Source: Macrostomum lignano
Taxonomy: Eukaryota
Length of the DNA stretch: 64,000 nt
NCBI GenBank assembly: GCA_002269645.1
Contig: NIVC01000186.1
Coordinates: 124,001 to 188,000 of the forward strand
Reading direction: 5' to 3'
Position 1 is the stretch's first letter. Every line of letters begins with the position of its first letter. A model generated the notes under the pieces. It was not told the origin of the DNA, did not search any database, and saw only the letters and a program-made list of their open reading frames with translations. A program made the translations under genes and the position numbers. Positions 54,889-64,000 of the stretch are shown in pieces.

Positions 54889-57399
54889 CTGAAATTGGTG
54901 ATGCATAATTCGTTTATAAGTACCTGGAAGTACAAAAGTGCGCTTTAAATACTATACTTGAAGAAATACTTGAAGTCCTAACCTGATGAGAGACACTTAC
55001 TAGAGCTTTACAAATGAATTAGGCCAGTATACTGAAATAAAGGAGTAACTCTCAGGAAATCTAATGCACTTGAAAGTAAAGTCATATCGAGCGGCAGCAA
55101 TGGCTATGGGTAGCTTAGCTAGAAACGGTGAGATCTACCATTTTGCGTTCAATGACCACTCAAGACATTAATAGGTACTTCAAATGCTATTGGGCCTTTA
55201 CTAACACTTGAAATCACCAGAAAGGTACTTTCAGTTGGCAAAAAGACGTCAAAGGTGCAAGGCATGGATGAAGGAATACAATGGTCTGTATATTCATACA
55301 ATACATTGAGCCACTGATTGATAGTATGTATTGAGATAGTTGTACGAGATATGTAAACCTAGACGTGTCACCTTGAAACCAGATTTTTATATTGAGCTAT
55401 TAAGTTGTCATTGGAGCAGATATACACTGCATGCGATGATTTGGTCGTAGCTCGTACACTATACAAAAACTCAATCCGAGAAAAAATTTCAACGATGATC
55501 GTAAAACAATCCGACTGAGTAAAATTCAGCTTCAAATTTAACCTGGCTAGGAGGAGAAACAAGCCGAGGGACAGAATTTCACTCCTGGTCTTGAATATAA
55601 CGTAACTTTCTTGAGATTCTTTTCTGTAGCCAAACTATCCAAGCACCAAAAACCATGTTAGAGATCTTGAATTCGCTTACGCCTTTATTTGCAAACAAGA
55701 CTATGAGGATGTCTATGGCCAAAAGACTATTCTTAGTTGGCCAGATAGGAAAAAGACCATAGACAATAATATTTGACAAGCGTTGAAGTCCTAGCTCGTG
55801 GTACGTATAAGATATTCTATGGGTTTGAGGTCGGTATTTCACTTAAATCCCGAGAGCCGAATATCTTATTTAAACTACTTTAATTTTGCGGGATGTATTC
55901 AGATAAATCCCGGAGCCATACTTGTATGCCTATGGTTGAAGTTGGGGATGGGGGGGGGGGGCGCCCCCCCCCCACATTCTTACCATAGACAAAATTTCAT
56001 TAAGAAATTTCTCGAGTCACGAAGGAACAGAAGAGAGAAGCTCGCTTATTTAGATACATACAATAATCCTTGCAATATGTCAGGGAAAGTGATCGATTAA
56101 ATCCCGCAAAATAAAATCTACGTGACAATAACCTCCCTGAAAGTGAGCTTTAAAGTGGTTTAAAAAATGTAACAATCAGCCTTATTTGTTGCGGGCAGAA
56201 AAGGAAGCTGCCAAATGTCAATGGCAATAATATAGCATAACTAATTCAGTGAAAAGTCTGCGTTAAAACCCGCCGAGGGTGTCTGTAATGAATCCTTATC
56301 CTTGATTTATGAATAAGTTTCTCGGGAAATATCGAGTTAGCAACTGGTTTAGCTCGTTTCGGCCTCTGTAGCCAAATCAATTATATTGTTATTTCACATG
56401 TAATAAAGAAAATCGTAAAGAAAAACGCAGATTTTGCATCGCTAACTCACCGCCATGTTTTACAGTAACAAACACCATTTTGTGACGCCTTATTAGTGCT
56501 TGTTAATCATATAGGCAAAGAAACGAATCTTCCAAAAGAATAGCACTGGGAGCAGGCAGTTTATCTGTCCAAGTGAGCTCATTTTTATAGAATTATATAG
56601 GCAGTAAAGCGAAATACCCAATCTAAGGAGAACACATAAGAGCAACTCTCTAGCTATAGCTGCTGAGCACTCATTATAGATTCATCTCAAGCAGCGAGAC
56701 AGAGATAGAGAGACAGAGAGAGAGACAATCACAGTGAGTGAATCGCAGAGAAAGCTGTGTATGCTGCTTCCATTACAAAAGAACAGAGCCAGCAGGCTCA
56801 CGTCAGCTATTTAGGACACAATTCTCCGCTAACAGTTGAACAGCGCACTCTCCCTCTCAGCCTCATCCAACAGAGTGAGACTATACTCAACAGCCCTCCC
56901 CTCAACTTAGCTGCCGTTGGTTACTCCTACTCTTTTCAATACGTAGGCATGAGCTCATAAAGCATAAAACTTTAACTCTCTTCCATATACTTCCAAGCAT
57001 CGTATAGCGCACTAGTGCTACTAATAATACATAAAATGAATGACAGGTCAAATGTGAAGATTTAGACTAGTGCATATGACACCATATGCATGTAGTTCTA
57101 TAGTTCACATCTTGAGCAGCTGAAGTGTGGGCCCAAGAGAGGAAGCGAATTGAGAATAGCTATACATGTAGAATGGCTTTGCTACCTAGACAGCTAAAGT
57201 AGAAGAGGGGATCAGGGAGGTCAATGAGGGGGAAGCAATGAGAGGAAGATCAATGAGAGGGAGATCACTGAGAGGGAGATCATTGATCTCCCTCTCAGTG
57301 ATTCGGATTGTAATCTCCCTCTTAGCTGCAGGATGGTCCGTAGACACAGTGGGGAAGCGAGGTCGCCCATTCCGATAGCCCCTGAACCCCACAAACAGG

Positions 57400-59560
57400 C
57401 AGAGGCGTGAGGCCGGTCAGGGTGGTCCGCCGGTCCTGCTGCGTGATCTTCCGTAGGGAAGAAAGTGGCTCGTCTTGTCTGTCAGACCTCGTCAATAGAC
57501 GGGTTCGGCCCGAGGTAGCGTAGTCGGTCTCTGGTTAAAGAAAGGGCAGTGGCAGACAAAGTATTGAGCATCTTCGTTGTCGTATTCGCAAAGAGGGCAA
57601 ATTTCACAGAGAGAGCATTGCATCAAGCGTTTCCCCTGGGTTATTCGTGGACGTGCCGTCGGTGCGTTTTACCGAGGAAAGCTTAGACATTTTGTCCAGA
57701 GTAGGTGCTTTCAAAATTCTGGAGGTGGGGTGTGAGCCCTCTAGCTCCTCGCAGTAATGGCGCCATTTTTTAGCTTTAGCGTTCTTCCTAAACTGCCCTT
57801 TTAACTCATGGATTTCCTCATGGTAGGTGGTTTAGTCCGCAAGGCTCTTGGTTTTAGTTGCTATGTGTGGAGTCTCTTGGCTCTGCAACGGAGGTTGCCG
57901 AGCTCGGGATTCTACCACAGCGCAGATTTTTCCCTTTATCGGCTTTTAAAGGGCAGGATGCCTCAAAGGCTACGGTTAGCGGTTCTGTCAGCACAGTCCG
58001 CACTCATCCGCTTCTTGACTTGAGGTGATCGTGGATGCCCGAAGACTGATGTAACTCCTTAAGGGCGAGCCTATCCCAAAGCCTAAAGGTATCTCAAAGC
58101 CTAAAGGTATCCCAAAGCCTAAAGGTATCCCAAAGCCTAAAGGTGTCCCAAAGCCTAAAGGTATCCCAAAGTCTAAAGGCATCCCAAAGTCTAAAGGCAT
58201 CCCAAAGCCTAAAGGTATCCCAAAGCCTAAAGGTATCCCAAAGCCTAAAGGTATCCCAAAGCCTAAAGGTATCCCAAAGCCTAAAGGTATCCCAAAGCCT
58301 AAAGGTATCCCAAAGCCTAAAAGTATCCAAAAGCCTAAAGGTATCCCAAAGCCTAAAGGTATTCCAATCAGTGTTTCTGGCGTTCCGTCTCCACGTGATG
58401 CGATTCGCGCTGCGCGCTGCCATCAGATTGAAGGAGATGAACTTGTGATCGGAGAGGGAGGACACCGGAAGCACCCGCCACGCCCCCAGTGCTTTGTAAG
58501 AGCCTGGGTGTTAGGCTTTGCAATCTCCGTGTGTTTGCGTTTGGTGACTTTAAGTAATTGATCTTTACCCATGCAGTCTTTGACTTACTCTGCCTATCAA
58601 TAGCTATTTTATTGGCTGACCGTGGTCGTTAGAAGCTGTATTTTTTGTTAATTAAAATATACACGCAAAAATTGTCTTGGAATTGTTGCCAATTTGGTAT
58701 TTATTGTTTTTTGCTTTGAAAATGATGAACTGACAAATCGCTCTGTGACCCGCGGACATCACAATCCGGAAATCGCAAAGCAAATCTTAGTTTTTCGACC
58801 GGATATTTGAACCTGCATGTGACTTGATCTGGGGGGACTGCAACAAGTACCCCTTGACAAAGCAAAGCAGCTTGAGATATCCGGGGGAGATCAGAGGCAC
58901 TTGCAACTTCTAGGAGGAGATCAGAAAGCACTTGCAATTTCCGGGGGGGGAGATCAGAAAGTACTTGCGTACTATCTGGGTAGGCCGGATAACATATAAG
59001 GCACGGATATCCCAAAGTACCATCGTATAACACCGGCAACCATGAGCTCGTAGTTTTTAGCCGAGCAAAGCTCGACCAGCGTAGAGATTGAGGGTTCTGG
59101 GGACGACCGCTGATTCACCAGGAGGCTGGCGTCACTCGCATCGACTTGACCAACGAGGAGGAGGGGCAAATCAGCCTCCCAGAGCCTGCATCTTTGCGGC
59201 CAAAACGCTTAGCGCGTGGCTCAAATCGAGCCTGTCTAACAGGGACATCTGCGTCATCCAATCTGAGGACCTTTCCTGAGAAGACCACCCTCATTGCCTC
59301 GATTTAGTTATAGCAGGCGATACAGACTCGGATCGACCAGTCGGTCAACGCCTCCCCGCATGCTCAGGTAGTAGACGGGGTTCACTTTCCTCAATGAACT
59401 GACGGTCCAGGTCCAGGCTAGGTCCAGGCTAGTTTCTATACAACCTGGCCTTCTGGCTGTTAAAGGTGGAGCGAGAGCAGACCGGCTCAAGATGCACCAG
59501 GAGGCGATCCTGGCCTGGTCTGCGGTTGCGCGGTTGCCGGATGCAGCAGCGCTAATTGCC
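57400..59560 (-). mobile_element. Degenerate, internally deleted non-LTR retrotransposon (R1/LOA/Tad-like)
   Basis: Minus strand: end of the APE endonuclease SDHKFISFNL..RITWRRNARNTDWNTF (~58470-58360), then W.NPELGNLRCRAKRL and WRHYCEELEG..SRILK..DGTSTNNPGETLDAML (~57950-57610), joined directly to the C-terminal CPLCEYDNEDAQYFVCHCP (~57605-57545). The RT core is absent. Confidence 0.65.
58073..58362. repeat. 18-bp tandem repeat (CCCAAAGCCTAAAGGTAT)n, ~16 copies, inside the LINE relic
   Basis: Direct reading of the sequence. Confidence 0.93.
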
Positions 59561-60547
59561 TTTCCGGGCTAGGAGTTGCTGCCGTTTGCTTCAGCTTCTT
59601 GTTACGACCCTGTTACGGTCAAAGGGTAACGCCTTTACCCCTGAGCCGTAGCCAAAGGAACCTGAACACCCACAGATATACGCGACCACTGTGGACTCGC
59701 CGCATACCCCGTGAGGTCAAAGGTACGTAGCACCTTCACCTCAGAGCCCTAGCGAGAGATAAGTCAATGAGAGGGAGGTCAATGAGAGAGAGGGAGAGAG
59801 AGACGTCAATGAGAAGGAGGTACATGTAAATGAGAGGGAGTTCAATAGGAAGTAGAGACAGGTACAAATGAGATGAGAGAGAGGTCAATGAGAGGGAGAG
59901 AGGCAGGTACAAATTAGAGAGAGGTCAATGAGAGGGAGAGATCAGGCAGGTTCAAATGAGAGAGAAAAGTCAATATGAGGATGAGAAGCAGGTTCAAATC
60001 AATCAAATGCGAGAGAGAAGTCATGAAATGGGAGGGTAGAGGCAGGTACAAATGAGAGAGAGAGGTCAATGGGAGGGTGAGAGGCAGGTATAAATGAGAG
60101 GGCGGGCATAAGGAGACAGAAAATCAGAGATCCGAACAGCCAAAGAAGGCAACAAGCAGAAGTCCGATTACCTTCAACTTCAAAAGATTTTTAATGAAAA
60201 AAAAAACAAAAAACCGCGCACTCATGCAGGCAAAAGGAAGCGGAAAAATTTGGTACCGTTTATTTGACTCAATATCATACCACAGCTCGTATATACGTTT
60301 GATTGTAAATTGCTCGCATCGAATACTTTGTACGCGACTAAGATTGTAGAAACTTGGTGGGCTTTACTTTTAATTACTGGCAGTTGTTTAAATTACCGTA
60401 AAAAAAGTGAACTTGGTCAAAAACCTAATTAGTGGCAGCCAGTAAGACTATACCAGTAGTAAGTCAGTACATACTGTGTCAATACAAATGATTTGTGTTA
60501 CCAATCAATCAGTACGCTGCTATTAATTATGCTGTCTCAATGCTTAT

Positions 60548-62912
<2,365 letters not shown>

Positions 62913-63723
62913 TAGATTCGATTTCGCTCAAAACAAGAAAAACACAAGAGATAAGAGATAAGACTCCAGACTATAAGCAGTAAAGCAAACGCACACAGGA
63001 GAGTAAATTAAATGCAAGTAGTCAGATAGGAAGCGCCTCTCGTTTTATTCGTGCTTTTCTGGGGGTTGGTGGGCGGTGGGGTGGGTTGGATTTCCATTTC
63101 AGGTCCATGCAGTCCAGTCACACCAAAAACACCATTTATCGTCTTCACAGCACAAAAAGGGGTGTTGGGGTTGGTCTATGTACAGCGGTCCCACCCTTTA
63201 CTTTTCTGTCCTATTTATGGCAGGCCCGCGCGCGACAGAAAAAAAGCCAGCCGCCCAGCTATTAAACCCCAAAGACGGCTCATATGTACATCGGCCGCCC
63301 CCCGTGCGTGTTGTAATCGAGAGCAAAGAGACAATCATTCCATGTACTTAGATTGCTGCCTACATTCAGCGTCCAACTAATGCTAATATAACAGACTAGA
63401 CATACTAATGTATAGTTAAAGAATTGCAGAAAGCATCAGTCCCACTAAATACTAATGATATAATGACTAACGCTTAACAGTCATCCAGATTGAAAACGTA
63501 CAGTCTATTAAATGGCCCAGTAAAATTTTTATTGAGATTATTGAGCTTCACAGATCACAGTCCATTTTTTATTTTCTTATATGAATACTATTTATTAAGC
63601 TTGCTTTTTAAACAAAACCCAAAATGTTAATTGAAGCATAAAAGCATGCTAATTGCTGGCGAGTAGAGACAACTGGCTAGCAACTTGATATCTAGCTGAG
63701 CAGTGATTTTACAGAGAAAGGGG

Positions 63724-64000
63724 ATGTCAACTTAAGCACCAGAATGGAGCCCGAAGTTCAGCTCCGGACCAAACCGACTGCAATCGATAACTTGTCGGCC
63801 CAGACGACTAGAATCGCCGAGACATCCCATCCGGCTCCCTTCCTTGGGGTCCCAGGGGATAAAGGGGATAAAATGGGGATCTCATGTCAACTTAAGGCTC
63901 TGGAATGGAGCCCGAAGTTCAGCTCCGGACCAAACCGACTGCAATCGATAACTTGTCGGCCCAGACGACTAGAATCGCCGAGACATCCCATCCGGCTCCC
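63724..64000. repeat. 160-bp tandem repeat running off the window end
   Basis: ATGTCAACTTAAG at 63724 and 63884, followed by a near-identical ~115-bp block containing a GGAGC...GCTCC hairpin. Confidence 0.85.

Noticed and set aside
63200-63270. CArG/MEF2 sites upstream of calponin (CCTATTTATGG, GCTATTAAAC)
   Set aside because: Neither matches the consensus exactly; too weak without conservation data.

Overview
Intron-rich animal genomic DNA; GC-rich exons and minisatellite-filled introns suggest an invertebrate such as the flatworm Macrostomum (inference, not proven). Positions 1-18087 are a head-to-tail array of 3.7-5.0 kb non-autonomous elements with Helentron/Helitron2-like ends. The units alternate in two types and carry internal hairpin tandem repeats, tRNA-like Pol III heads and palindromic RFX X-boxes. 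The rest contains seven genes I could reconstruct by hand: a 2-TM orphan ORF, an 8-exon CaMKK, a 7-exon 504-aa kinase with a C-terminal death-domain-like region (RIPK1-like architecture, the most interesting gene), a C-type lectin/PAN-like gene, an orphan GPCR, a CXorf65/C22orf15-like gene and a calponin/transgelin gene. There are also two TIR MITEs with 8-bp TSDs, a tRNA-derived SINE, a small Helitron-like element, Gypsy and LINE relics, a CpG-stripped AT-rich island and about 15 micro/minisatellites. Most long ORFs in the supplied track are artefacts of tandem repeats. All assignments are from manual reading; no database searches were run.
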